Source of the DNA: Polyangiales bacterium
GTDB taxonomy: Bacteria; Myxococcota_A; Polyangia; Polyangiales; Polyangiaceae
Length of the DNA stretch: 64,000 bases
NCBI GenBank assembly: GCA_038231275.1
Contig: JBBRLQ010000010.1
Coordinates: 160,001 to 224,000, forward strand
Reading direction: 5' to 3'
How positions within the stretch are numbered: position 1 is the stretch's first letter; every line of letters starts with the position of its first letter. The translations under genes were made by a program, and so were the position numbers. Below, one piece after another: positions 10,539-19,859 of this stretch. A model generated the notes under the pieces. That model saw only the letters and a program-made list of their open reading frames with translations, did not search any database and was not told the origin of the DNA.

Positions 10539-11126
10539 TCAGCGCCCGCCGTCGGGGCTCGCGCCTGCGCCGGTGTAGCCGCTGCCGCCCGCGCCGACTC
10601 CCGTGAAGCCGCTGCCGCCGGCGCCGCTGCCTGTGTATCCAGAGTCGCCCGCGGTCACGCCCGTGTAGCCGCTGCCTCCCCCGCCGGCTCCGGTGAAGCC
10701 GTCGCTTGCGTTCGGCGCGACCGGCGCGGCCGCGGCGTCTCGGATTCGAGGAGGCGCGCTCAACGGCGCGCGGGGCGCTGCGTCTGCGACTCCGTTGGAG
10801 GCGCCCGCGTCCGCCGCCGAAGCGCTGAGGCTCACCCCCGGCGCGGCGATGCGCATGGTCGGCGAAGCCGCCGTGATCTTCGGCGACGCAGTGTCCGGCG
10901 CCGTTGCTGACGCGGCCGCCGGGTCCACGGGTGTGGAGGGCACCGGCACGTCGATCGGCACCAGGCGCGGGCCCTCCGTGGCCGGCTCGCTCGAAACATG
11001 GATCGGCACGCTCGTGGTGGCGACGCGACCACCATCGGACTCCACGAGCGCCCGCACGCCCCAGGCGCAGAGAAACGCGCCGACGCAGATCGCTGCGGGA
11101 AGCCATGCTCGTCGTTCGACGCTCAT
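10539..11126 (-). CDS. Hypothetical membrane-anchored protein with C-terminal Gly-rich decapeptide repeats
   Basis: N-terminal TM, Pro/Ala linker, five repeats of G[FY]TG..AG[GD]S-type unit. Confidence 0.6.
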   Translation of the reverse strand: MSVERRAWLPAAICVGAFLCAWGVRALVESDGGRVATTSVPIHVSSEPATEGPRLVPIDVPVPSTPVDPAAASATAPDTASPKITAASPTMRIAAPGVSLSASAADAGASNGVADAAPRAPLSAPPRIRDAAAAPVAPNASDGFTGAGGGGSGYTGVTAGDSGYTGSGAGGSGFTGVGAGGSGYTGAGASPDGGR

Positions 11127-11141
11127 GCGATGCCCCGCCGG

Positions 11142-11918
11142 TTACTTTTTCGGATTCGGAATGCTTTGGCGCTCGACCTCGGCCGCGTACGCCACGTTCC
11201 GCTCCGGTGGATGCTTCAGGTTCGGTGCGCCGATCGCCCCGCTCGTCACGCCGATCTCGTCGTCGAGCTCGCGGTCGCGCTCGGCCTGCTCGCCCGACTT
11301 CTCGTCAAGTACCGTGGCGGCGGCTGCGCCGACCAAGCCGCCGATGATTCCGCCGACGATCGCGCCCGGTGGACCGGCGACCGATCCGATCGTCGCGCCC
11401 GCCACGGCCCCCGCGGCGCCGCCTTCGGCTTGGTGAACGTGCTTCTCTCCCGTCGTCGACTTCGCGTTCACGGTGACTCTCTTTCGGCGAGACTCTGCCT
11501 CGACCTCGTAGTCGTATGCCTGACGAACGTGGCGAACGATCGCGTCCCAGTCGCGGCTGGCCTTGTCTTGCGCCGCGGCCCATTCGGCCCTGAGCTTGCA
11601 CTCGATCTCCGGATCCCATCGCGGGTGCTCGCGCCCGAACTCGCGGTGCGCCCAGTAGCCGAAGCCGAACGAGGGCTCGACGTCGTCCCATACCTGGGCC
11701 GTCGGCGCGTTCGGGACGTCGCGCGGCGGTACCGCCTGACCTCCGCCCGCCTGGAGGACGGTGTCGGCGGCCGCCTGGTTTAGGTCGTGACCGCCGATGC
11801 CGAGATCGTGCTTCGTCTGCTCCCAGTCCCGACGCATCGCTTCCTTCACGAGGTCCCAGGCGGTGCCTTGGACCTCATTCTTCCAACGAGAGGGATGCCA
11901 CTTCGACGTCGTGCTCAT
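11142..11918 (-). CDS. Hypothetical protein: Trp-rich helical N-domain plus C-terminal glycine zipper
   Basis: SD AAGGAG before ATG; GAAGAVAGATIGSVAGPPGAIVGGIIGGLVGAAA. Confidence 0.7.
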   Translation of the reverse strand: MSTTSKWHPSRWKNEVQGTAWDLVKEAMRRDWEQTKHDLGIGGHDLNQAAADTVLQAGGGQAVPPRDVPNAPTAQVWDDVEPSFGFGYWAHREFGREHPRWDPEIECKLRAEWAAAQDKASRDWDAIVRHVRQAYDYEVEAESRRKRVTVNAKSTTGEKHVHQAEGGAAGAVAGATIGSVAGPPGAIVGGIIGGLVGAAAATVLDEKSGEQAERDRELDDEIGVTSGAIGAPNLKHPPERNVAYAAEVERQSIPNPKK

Positions 11919-11963
11919 GGGTGTCTCCTTCCCGTTGCGAAAGCGATGCGTGACGTAACGCCG

Positions 11964-12860
11964 CTACGGCTTGGACGACGGTTGGACGACGATCTCGACG
12001 CGCCGGTTGTTCGCGCGCCCCTCGGGAGACGTGTTGTCCGCGATCGAACGGCTCGAGCCGAAGCCCTGCGCCGTGATCCGATCGCTGGCGATGCCGCGCG
12101 TGACCAAGTAGTCGCGGACGGCCTGCGCGCGGTGCTGCGAGAGATCCTGATTGTAGGACGCCGCGCCCTGCGAGTCGGTGTGCCCTTCGACGACCATCTT
12201 CGAGTTGGGGTCCTCTTTCGTGAGCGCGTTGGCGACGTCGTTGAGCTTCATCTGCGCCGCGGGGAGCAGATCCGATTTCGCGGATGCGAAGAGCACGCTG
12301 CCCGAGAGCGTGATCACCATCCCGCGCGTCTCTTGCTTCACGGTGGCAAACTTCGCCAGATCGGCCGCCGCTTGAGCCGCGCGCTTCTCCGCGTCTTCGC
12401 GGCGGGCCTTCTCGGTCGCCAGCGTGGCGGCCTGCGCCTGGAGCACGACGCCCTGGGTGGCGAGCTGCGTTTTGGTCTGCGAGAGCTCGGCGGCGGTGAG
12501 CGCGACGGCCTTACGCTCATCGGCGTGCATCGCCCCGACGACACCTTCCTTCGTCTGGTTCGCCTGCATGGTGCGCGCGCGCACCTCGGCGAGCTCCGCC
12601 TTGCGTGCGGCGACGTAGGCTTGATCGCGCGTGGCCTGCGTGTCGCCGTCCTTCACGAACGCGGCTTCGGCGACGTCGAGCTGCTCGCGCGCGGCGTGGA
12701 CGTCGGCGGGATCGAGCTCCTGCGCGGGGCCCTTGCTCGCGTGCTCGTAGCTGGCGCGCGCAGTGACGAGATCCTGCGGGGGAATGCCGGAAGCGCATCC
12801 GATGATGCCGAACGCGCTGCTGACGGCGACGAGGAGTCCGATATTTCGAAGGGTCTTCAT
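11964..12860 (-). CDS. OmpA-family peptidoglycan-binding lipoprotein with N-terminal DUF4398
   Basis: Lipobox IIGC; VLFASAKSDL; VEGHTDSQG; RANNRRVEI. Confidence 0.92.
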   Translation of the reverse strand: MKTLRNIGLLVAVSSAFGIIGCASGIPPQDLVTARASYEHASKGPAQELDPADVHAAREQLDVAEAAFVKDGDTQATRDQAYVAARKAELAEVRARTMQANQTKEGVVGAMHADERKAVALTAAELSQTKTQLATQGVVLQAQAATLATEKARREDAEKRAAQAAADLAKFATVKQETRGMVITLSGSVLFASAKSDLLPAAQMKLNDVANALTKEDPNSKMVVEGHTDSQGAASYNQDLSQHRAQAVRDYLVTRGIASDRITAQGFGSSRSIADNTSPEGRANNRRVEIVVQPSSKP

Positions 12861-13234
12861 TTGGTGGCTCCCTGGCCGACGTTGGTGGCTTTCTGCGCGG
12901 CTGAGTCAGAGGCCGCCTTATCTACTTCGATCTTCGCGCCCTTCTCACGCGCCTGCGCGATCGCCAGCTCGGCGTCGGCCTTTGCGCGGATGAGGAGGCT
13001 GTCCGCGCGGACGTTGTCCCCGTCGGTGATGGCCTTCTGGGCCTGCGCGATCTGATCTTGTGCGAGCTTCAGGGACAGCTGCGCGGCCGGCACCGAGTTG
13101 GCGCCGAGCTCGCTCGCGCTGCGCTCTGCCGACTGTGCGTCGGCGAGGCGTTGCGTCGGCGGGGCGAAGCTGGCTCCGCACGCCGCGGCGAACGGTACGA
13201 TTAGAGCAAGGGAAAAGAACGTCGATTTGTACAT
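12857..13234 (-). CDS. DUF4398-domain lipoprotein
   Basis: Lipobox AAAC; RAKADAELAIAQARE; 4-nt overlap with the OmpA gene. Confidence 0.8.
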   Translation of the reverse strand: MYKSTFFSLALIVPFAAACGASFAPPTQRLADAQSAERSASELGANSVPAAQLSLKLAQDQIAQAQKAITDGDNVRADSLLIRAKADAELAIAQAREKGAKIEVDKAASDSAAQKATNVGQGATK

Positions 13235-13296
13235 TTGGGTCCAGTCTCCGGGCGCGCATTTGCGCGCTGCAATAACGCCTCGGTGTGCGCCCGCGC

Positions 13297-13521
13297 TCAC
13301 GACGGCTTGGGGCCGTGGCCGGGTTTGATCTTCTCGATCCATTCATCGATCTGCTTCTCGGCGTCGTCCTTCAGGATGCCGTAGTGCTGCTGGAGCTTGC
13401 CGATGAGGTGCTCCTTCTTCCCTGCGACGTTCTTGAGGTCGTCGTCGGTGAGCTTGGCCCATCGCGACTTCACCTGGCCTGCCAGCTGGTGCCATTCCCC
13501 CTCGATCTGCGTCCAATTCAT
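13297..13521 (-). CDS. csbD: CsbD/YjbJ-family general stress protein
   Basis: MNWTQIEGEWHQLAGQVKSRWAKLTDDDL...GKLQQHYG; SD GAGGAGG. Confidence 0.93.
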   Translation of the reverse strand: MNWTQIEGEWHQLAGQVKSRWAKLTDDDLKNVAGKKEHLIGKLQQHYGILKDDAEKQIDEWIEKIKPGHGPKPS

Positions 13522-13573
13522 CTCGGCCTCCTCATCGTGCTCGACCCGTCTCGGTCGCGCGGTACGACCCTAA

Positions 13574-13588
13574 GCACCTTCCATGCCG
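13574..13588 (-). promoter_or_regulatory. Putative sigma-54 promoter (csbD operon)
   Basis: Minus strand CGGCATGGAAGGTGC. Confidence 0.6.
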
Positions 13589-13626
13589 CGATGCGCTGGA
13601 CGGGTGCGTTTGACGATCGAGTCGCG

Positions 13627-14490
13627 CTAGATCCCGGGAAGCGATGCGCCGAACTCGCGTAGGACCTGGAACGTGCTCGAGATGGTCTCGCCGGCGACGA
13701 CCGGCGGGAGATCGCCGCTGACGCCGCCGAGTATCGCGGTGATGTTGTCCTCGCCGCCGCGCTCCTTCGCGAGCGCGATGAGGCTGTCGCACGCAACGTC
13801 GAGGCGCGGCGCCCACAAGATGGTGCTCGCGATCTCCTGTGCGGTGACCTTGTTGGTGAGTCCGTCGGAGCAGACGAGGAAGCAGTCCCGTTGGCGGAGC
13901 GTGAGCTTGCCGAGGGCCACCTGCACGTCGGCCTTCTGCCCCATGGCCTGGAGGATCACGTTGCGGAACGGCGCGCGCCCTGCCTCCTCGGGCTTGAGCG
14001 TGCCGGCGTCGACGAGGAGCTGCACGTAGCTTTGATCGCGCGTCACCTGCAAGAGCTCGCCGTTGCGCAGGACGTAGGCCCGCGAGTCGCCGACCTCCGC
14101 GATGTACGCGGTCGCGCCATCGAGGACCAGCGCGGTCACCGTCGCGCCCATTCCTTCGCGCCCCGGAACCTGCGAGGCCTCCCACGCGTCGCGGTTCGCT
14201 CGCTCGACGGCGCGCGACAGGAGCGCGTCGCTGTCCTTGCGATCGACGCCAGAGGCCATCGAACGGCAGAGCGACTCGACCACGAGCGCGCTCGCGACCT
14301 CTCCCGCCGCGTGTCCGCCCATCCCGTCAGAGACGGCGAGCAGAACGCCGTGCTCTCCGATTTCGAAGCGCGTGATGGGCGACGTGGTGACGAGGCTGTC
14401 GCCGGTCAGGTCAGCGATGACGAACGCGTCCTCGTTGCGGGCGCGCTTTCCAATGTCGGTCCGGGCACAGACGGTCAGGTTCACGGTCAT
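13627..14490 (-). CDS. PP2C-family Ser/Thr protein phosphatase (Stp1/PrpC-like), copy 1
   Basis: TDIG..RARNEDA; VSDGMGGH; VGDSRAY; CSDGL; GGEDNIT. Confidence 0.93.
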   Translation of the reverse strand: MTVNLTVCARTDIGKRARNEDAFVIADLTGDSLVTTSPITRFEIGEHGVLLAVSDGMGGHAAGEVASALVVESLCRSMASGVDRKDSDALLSRAVERANRDAWEASQVPGREGMGATVTALVLDGATAYIAEVGDSRAYVLRNGELLQVTRDQSYVQLLVDAGTLKPEEAGRAPFRNVILQAMGQKADVQVALGKLTLRQRDCFLVCSDGLTNKVTAQEIASTILWAPRLDVACDSLIALAKERGGEDNITAILGGVSGDLPPVVAGETISSTFQVLREFGASLPGI

Positions 14491-14503
14491 GGTCGTTCGA
14501 ATT

Positions 14504-14518
14504 GCACGACTCACGCCA
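14504..14518 (-). promoter_or_regulatory. Putative sigma-54 promoter (PP2C copy 1)
   Basis: Minus strand TGGCGTGAGTCGTGC; ATG 14 nt past the -12 C. Confidence 0.55.
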
Positions 14519-14519
14519 G

Positions 14520-15719
14520 TCAAAAGCCAGGATCGCGCGCGACATCGGCCAGCTGCGGTCGCGGCGCGGGTGCATCGGCACGCCCCATTCGTGCATCACC
14601 GGCGTTCGAGCGCTCGCACGCGTTCTGATCGAGCGAGACCGAGAAACGCTGCGCTCGCAGGCGCGGCGGCGCGTGGGCGGCCGAGAACGCCGTCGGCGGC
14701 GCGATCACGGCGGTGACCGAGACCCAAACCAAAAGTGAGGCTGCGACGAGCGCGCCGAGGTAGCGCGCGCGAGGCCGTGAGAGCTTCCCGATGCGACCGC
14801 TCATCGCTCCGCGAAGCGCGTTGGCCATTTCGGCCGCGCTCGCGAAGCGCTCGTCCGGATTGCACTTGAGCGCGCGCGCGATCACCGCCCAGAGCGCGGG
14901 AGGCGCCGACGCGATCGGAGCGACGTGATCGGCGAGCAGCACGACGGACAGGATCGGCTTGTCGGCGCCCGCGAAGGGGTTCTTCCCGCCGAGCATCTCG
15001 TAGAGGAGGATTCCCATCGCGAAGACGTCGGTGCGAGCGTCCACAGGATGGCCCATCGCCTGCTCGGGCGACATGTAGCTCGGCGTACCGACGACCTCCC
15101 CGCCCATCGTGAGGCCGGCGCCGTCGAAGCGGGACTTCGAGATCCCGAAGTCGAGGAGCTTCGTCGTCATGTGTCCGTCGGGATCGCTCGCGAGAAAGAC
15201 GTTGGCCGGCTTGATGTCGCGATGGACGATCCCCGCCCCGTGCACGTGCGAGAGCGCGGAGAGCAGGTCGAGCGCGATACGGACCGCGTCGACCGGCGCG
15301 AGCTGCTCTTCGGCGTCGATGCGCTCGGCGAGCGTGTGGCCGTGGAGCGACTCGAGGACGAGGGCGAGCCGCCCGTCGGTCTCGAGGAGATCGAACACCT
15401 GGACGACGCCGCGATGCGAGAGGCTCGCCGTCGCGCGCGCCTCTCGACGAAGTCGCGCGTGCTGTCGCGGGCACAACGCCGCGCTCTCGAGAAGAAACTT
15501 GAGCGCGACCTCACCCCCGGTCGCCTCATTGCGCGCGATCCACACCACGCCCATTCCGCCCATTCCCGCTTCACGGAGCAGCGTGTACTTACCGCCAACG
15601 GTCGCGCCTGCGACGAATTTCAGCGGTTTCGACCCAGTGTGACGCGAATGCTGCTCCGGCGTCTCGGGCAGGAGAGAAGGAGAAACATAAGAAGAGGAAA
15701 GTACTGCGGAGGGGCTCAT
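14520..15719 (-). CDS. Hanks-type Ser/Thr protein kinase with C-terminal TM
   Basis: GMGGMGVVW; VALK; HRDIKPAN; DFG; GTPSYMSPEQ; ends RDPGF. Confidence 0.92.
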   Translation of the reverse strand: MSPSAVLSSSYVSPSLLPETPEQHSRHTGSKPLKFVAGATVGGKYTLLREAGMGGMGVVWIARNEATGGEVALKFLLESAALCPRQHARLRREARATASLSHRGVVQVFDLLETDGRLALVLESLHGHTLAERIDAEEQLAPVDAVRIALDLLSALSHVHGAGIVHRDIKPANVFLASDPDGHMTTKLLDFGISKSRFDGAGLTMGGEVVGTPSYMSPEQAMGHPVDARTDVFAMGILLYEMLGGKNPFAGADKPILSVVLLADHVAPIASAPPALWAVIARALKCNPDERFASAAEMANALRGAMSGRIGKLSRPRARYLGALVAASLLVWVSVTAVIAPPTAFSAAHAPPRLRAQRFSVSLDQNACERSNAGDARMGRADAPAPRPQLADVARDPGF

Positions 15720-15734
15720 TTGAGGGAGGACATC

Positions 15735-15749
15735 GCAACACGCGTGCCG
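15735..15749 (-). promoter_or_regulatory. Putative sigma-54 promoter (kinase)
   Basis: Minus strand CGGCACGCGTGTTGC (consensus match). Confidence 0.7.
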
Positions 15750-15759
15750 TCATCTGCGC

Positions 15760-15774
15760 TGGCACCTCACGTGC
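15760..15774 (+). promoter_or_regulatory. Putative sigma-54 promoter (GT4)
   Basis: TGGCACCTCACGTGC. Confidence 0.6.
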
Positions 15775-15799
15775 AGCTCCTCGAGCGTCGGAGGCAACC

Positions 15800-16849
15800 A
15801 TGAGAATCGCTCTCGTCGCGTCGGTCGGGGCTCCCGTCCCCCCATCTAGCCCTGGAGGAGCCGAGGCCGTCATCGCCGAGCTCGCCAAGATGCTCACGCG
15901 CCGCGGCCACGACGTCGTCGTCTACGCCTCCGGCGACTCGCGACCTCTCGCGCGTGCCTGGGCAGACATCGCGTCCTCGCCGGAGCCGTTCGACGTCGTC
16001 CATGCGCACGACGCGGAGGCGCTCGCTCTGCGCGTCGACGCGCGGGTTCCCACGGTCTTGACGGTGCATGACGATCGCGACGAGACGCTGGTCGCGCACT
16101 ACGCGGAGTTTCCCGACGTTTGCTACGTCGCCACGAAGCCCGAGCAGGTCTCGCGCATGCGCGAGCTCCCGTTCAGGGGTGTCATCCCTGTCTGCGTCGA
16201 CGCCGACGATCTCCCTCGGGCAGAAACCCCGGGCGTGCACTGCGCCTTCCTCGGCAAGCTGGACGCGCAGGACGCGCCGCACGTCGCGATCGACGCGGCG
16301 CGCCTCGCGGGCGTTCCCTTGAAGCTGGCGACGCCGGAGTACTCGGCGAGCGCGGAATATTTCTCCGACGAGATGTTGCCGCGCCTCGACGCCGCCGGCG
16401 AGGCGGTGATGTGGCTGGGGAGCCTATCGTCGGGCGAAGAGCTGGTGCTCGTCCGCAAGGCACGCGCGCTGCTGATCCCCTCGGAATCCCCGGATCGCCA
16501 GGTCGCGATCGACGCGATGCTGAGCGGAACGCCGGTCCTCGCGTTCGCCCGCGGTGACGTGCGCGACGTGGTGGATGATGGAGTGACCGGCTTCCTCGTG
16601 CGTGACACCTGCGAGCTCGCCGCGCGGCTTCGCGACGTTGGCAGCCTCGATCGTCGCCGGTGCCGCGCGCGCGCGATCGAGCGCTGGAGCTCGCTGGGCA
16701 TGGCGATCGGGTACGAGAAGATCTACGAGGAGCTCGTCCGGGCACGTCGCCCCCGCGAGGTGATGCCGCGCGTCGCCGCCCCCGCGATGACCGCTGCGCT
16801 CGGCAACAAGCGCTTCAGCGGCCTCTTTTCGCCGCTCTGGGAGGCTTAG
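15800..16849 (+). CDS. Glycosyltransferase family 4 (GT-B), degenerate active-site motif
   Basis: MRIALVA...VPP...GGAE; GHDVVVYASGDS; AMLSGTPVLAF; VVDDGVTGFLV; SD GGAGG. Confidence 0.8.
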   Translation: MRIALVASVGAPVPPSSPGGAEAVIAELAKMLTRRGHDVVVYASGDSRPLARAWADIASSPEPFDVVHAHDAEALALRVDARVPTVLTVHDDRDETLVAHYAEFPDVCYVATKPEQVSRMRELPFRGVIPVCVDADDLPRAETPGVHCAFLGKLDAQDAPHVAIDAARLAGVPLKLATPEYSASAEYFSDEMLPRLDAAGEAVMWLGSLSSGEELVLVRKARALLIPSESPDRQVAIDAMLSGTPVLAFARGDVRDVVDDGVTGFLVRDTCELAARLRDVGSLDRRRCRARAIERWSSLGMAIGYEKIYEELVRARRPREVMPRVAAPAMTAALGNKRFSGLFSPLWEA

Positions 16850-17036
16850 GCCGTGCTGCGCCGCCGCCGTCGTGACCCTCGTCCTCTCGGGGATCGCGTG
16901 GCGCTGAAGGTCGGCAGCGGCTTGGGCCTCGGCGCAAGCGGCCGTTTTGAGCGTGTTCGCGCAGCCACCGCGCCACACTGGGGCGTCACTGCGCGAGAGT
17001 GAGTCGATTTTCCATGGCTTCGCGTCAACGCCACAG

Positions 17037-17051
17037 TGGCGTGCTACGTGC
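17037..17051 (+). promoter_or_regulatory. Putative sigma-54 promoter (mla operon)
   Basis: TGGCGTGCTACGTGC; ATG at 17066. Confidence 0.55.
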
Positions 17052-17065
17052 AATCTGCACCCGAG

Positions 17066-18163
17066 ATGACGCCTGGCGATGACACCCTCGCGCTCGAGGG
17101 CCGGCTCACGCTCGCCACCGCGACCGAGACGTGGCGACGCCTCCAGGCGCGCCTAAGCGACGTCGGACCGGGCACAAGCCTGGAGCTCGACATGTCCCGC
17201 GTCGAGGCGATCGACGGCGGCACGATGGCGCTCCTCGTCCAGCTGCGCGCCGAGCTCGCCGCGCGCGGTGTGAAGGTCGAGCTGATCGGCGCCCGCGACG
17301 ACGTTCAGGCGCTCATTCATCTCTACAAGGGAGATCTCGCCCCTCGTCGCCGCGCCCGCCCGGCCCACGAGGGCATGCTCGCGCAGATCGGCCGCGGCAC
17401 GATCGACTTCTTCCTGGAGACGCAGAGAATCCTCGGATTCCTCGGCGACATGCTCCTGTCGGCGCTGGGCATCCTGCGCGAGCCGAAGACCGGCAACTGG
17501 AAGGATGTCGTCCCCACGATGGAGCGCGCCGGCGCCAACGCGGTGCCGATCGTCATCCTCATCAATTTTCTGATCGGCTTCGTCATGGCGTTCCAGGGCG
17601 CCAACCAGCTCCGTCAGTTCGGCGCGACCATCTTCGTCGCCGACCTCGTCGGCGTCTCGGTCACGCGTGAGCTCGGGCCGCTCATGACCGCCATCATCGT
17701 GTGCGGTCGCTCCGGCGCGGCGTTCGCCGCCGAGCTCGGCTCGATGCGTGTCTCCGAGGAGATCGACGCGCTGCGCACGATGGGCTTCGGCACAATCCGC
17801 TACCTCGTCCTGCCGCGCGCGCTGGCGCTCGTGCTCGTGATGCCGATCCTCACGCTCATCGCCGATTTCGTGGGAATTCTCGGGGGAATGGCGGTCGGCC
17901 TCCTGAGCCTCGGCCTCACGTTCAGCGGCTACCTCGTCGAGACGCGCAAGGCGGTGGTCCTGTGGGACGTCTCTTCGGGCGTGATCAAGAGCGTCGTCTT
18001 CGCGCTCGCCATCGCGCTCATTTCTTGCCAGCAAGGCTTCGCGACGAGCGGCGGCGCCGAAGGGGTGGGCCGGCGCACCACGTCAGCCGTCGTCGCCACG
18101 CTGTTCTCCCTCATCGTCATCGACGCGGTCTTCACCATGTTCTTTCACTTCTTCCACCTATGA
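17066..18163 (+). CDS. mlaE: MlaE-family ABC permease with N-terminal STAS domain
   Basis: STAS (LELDMSRVEAIDGG); RELGPLMTAIIVCGRSGAAFAAELGSMRVSEEIDALRTMG. Confidence 0.92.
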   Translation: MTPGDDTLALEGRLTLATATETWRRLQARLSDVGPGTSLELDMSRVEAIDGGTMALLVQLRAELAARGVKVELIGARDDVQALIHLYKGDLAPRRRARPAHEGMLAQIGRGTIDFFLETQRILGFLGDMLLSALGILREPKTGNWKDVVPTMERAGANAVPIVILINFLIGFVMAFQGANQLRQFGATIFVADLVGVSVTRELGPLMTAIIVCGRSGAAFAAELGSMRVSEEIDALRTMGFGTIRYLVLPRALALVLVMPILTLIADFVGILGGMAVGLLSLGLTFSGYLVETRKAVVLWDVSSGVIKSVVFALAIALISCQQGFATSGGAEGVGRRTTSAVVATLFSLIVIDAVFTMFFHFFHL

Positions 18164-18900
18164 ACGCGCCCTTCATCACCGTCAAAGACCTCACGATGGG
18201 ATGGGACGACGTCGTCCTCCAGAAGGACGCGTCGTTCGAGGTCAATCGCGGCGACGTCTTCGCGGTCCTCGGCGGCAGCGGTTGCGGTAAGTCGACCATG
18301 CTCAGGTACATGATCGGGCTCGAGACGCCGCTCTCCGGCACGATCGAGATCGAGGGCGTCGGAACGCCAAACCTCGACGTGGGGCGTCCGCCGTTCGGCG
18401 TCATGTTCCAGTCCGGCGCGCTCTTCGGAGGTCTCACGGTCGAGGAGAACGTCGCCCTCCAGCTCGAACGGTGGACGCCGTTGCCGCCCGACGCCATCGA
18501 CGCCATCGTCCGCGCGAAGCTCCGCCTCGTCGGCCTCGAGGGCGCGGAGGAGAAGCTGCCCGCCGAGCTCTCCGGCGGAATGAAGAAGCGCGCCGCGATC
18601 GCGCGTGCGATGGCCCTGGAGCCGGACCTCCTCTTCCTCGACGAGCCGTCGGCGGGGCTCGATCCGGTGAGCGCCGTGGAGCTCGACGAGTTGTTCGTCA
18701 CGTTGAGCCGGGTCCTCGGCCTCACGCTGGTCGTCGTCACCCACGAGCTCGAGAGCATCTTCCGGATCGCCAACCGCTGCATCCTCCTCGACAAGGAGAG
18801 CAAGTCGATCATCGGGCGCGGCGATCCCAAAGAGCTCCGCGACACGAGCGACGACCCGCGAGTCCACCGATTCATGAACCGCTTGCCGAGGAGTGCGTGA
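18160..18900 (+). CDS. mlaF: MlaF-family ABC ATP-binding protein
   Basis: GGSGCGKS; FQSGALF; LSGGMKKRAAIARA; DEPSAGLDP; ATGA overlap with mlaE. Confidence 0.92.
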   Translation: MNAPFITVKDLTMGWDDVVLQKDASFEVNRGDVFAVLGGSGCGKSTMLRYMIGLETPLSGTIEIEGVGTPNLDVGRPPFGVMFQSGALFGGLTVEENVALQLERWTPLPPDAIDAIVRAKLRLVGLEGAEEKLPAELSGGMKKRAAIARAMALEPDLLFLDEPSAGLDPVSAVELDELFVTLSRVLGLTLVVVTHELESIFRIANRCILLDKESKSIIGRGDPKELRDTSDDPRVHRFMNRLPRSA

Positions 18901-19859
18901 TGTCTGCCCACAAGGGTCACTGGAAGCTGGGTCTGTTCGTCGTGGTCGGCTTCGTGCTCGGCCTAACCGCCCTGGTGCTGCTGGGTGCGCAGAGTCTTCA
19001 GAAGGACGTCGTCAAGTACGTGAGCTTCTTCGACGAGTCCGTGCAGGGGCTCGACATCGGCTCGCCGGTGAAGTTTCGCGGCGTGACCGTCGGCAATGTG
19101 TCGGTCATCAAGGTCGCCCCCGATCGCCGGCTGGTCGAGGTGGCCCTCGAGCTCGGCGTGAAAGACCTCGAGGAGATGGGATTGTCGGTGGGCGCCGGGA
19201 AGAAGCTCCGCATCCGCGTGCCAGCCGATCTGAGGGTTCAGCTCGCCTCGCAGGGAATCACCGGCGTCAAATTCCTCCAGCTCGATTTCTTCGATGAGAA
19301 ATCATACCCGCCTCCGGCGCTCCCGTTTCCGACGCCCGAGAACTACATCCCCGCTGCCGTCTCGACGATGAAGAACGTCGAGGACGCGGTCGTCACTGCG
19401 GCGAACCGCTTGCCGCAGGTGGTCGACGCCATCTTGCTCGTCGTCTCGCGCGTCGGCCACATCCTGGACGATCTGGACGAGAAGAAGATCCCGGAGAGCC
19501 TCGCCGCGACGCTCCATCACGCCGATCAGGTGATGGCGAGCTTGAAGGGAGCCGTCGCCGCGATGGACACCGGCGGCCTCTCGAAGCGCGCGCAGGCCGC
19601 GCTCGCCGGGCTCGACGAGACGAACGCGCGCCTGGGGGCGGTCCTGGCGCGGCTCGACGGAGACGCCGGTATCCTCGCGAGCACGCAGCGCGCGACGAGC
19701 GCCATCGGGGACATGGCGACGAGCTCGCGCGGTCTCGGCCAAGAAGTAGAGGAAACCCTGCACGACGTGCAGGACGTGACGGACGCGATCCAACGCGTGG
19801 CCGACGCGCTCGAGCGCGATCCCGACATGCTCCTGAAAGGTCGAGGCAAGCACAAATGA
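18900..19859 (+). CDS. mlaD: MlaD/MCE-family protein
   Basis: KLGLFVV TM; ESVQGLDIGSPVKFRGVTVG; QGITGVKFLQL; helical tail LERDPDMLLKG. Confidence 0.9.
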   Translation: MSAHKGHWKLGLFVVVGFVLGLTALVLLGAQSLQKDVVKYVSFFDESVQGLDIGSPVKFRGVTVGNVSVIKVAPDRRLVEVALELGVKDLEEMGLSVGAGKKLRIRVPADLRVQLASQGITGVKFLQLDFFDEKSYPPPALPFPTPENYIPAAVSTMKNVEDAVVTAANRLPQVVDAILLVVSRVGHILDDLDEKKIPESLAATLHHADQVMASLKGAVAAMDTGGLSKRAQAALAGLDETNARLGAVLARLDGDAGILASTQRATSAIGDMATSSRGLGQEVEETLHDVQDVTDAIQRVADALERDPDMLLKGRGKHK

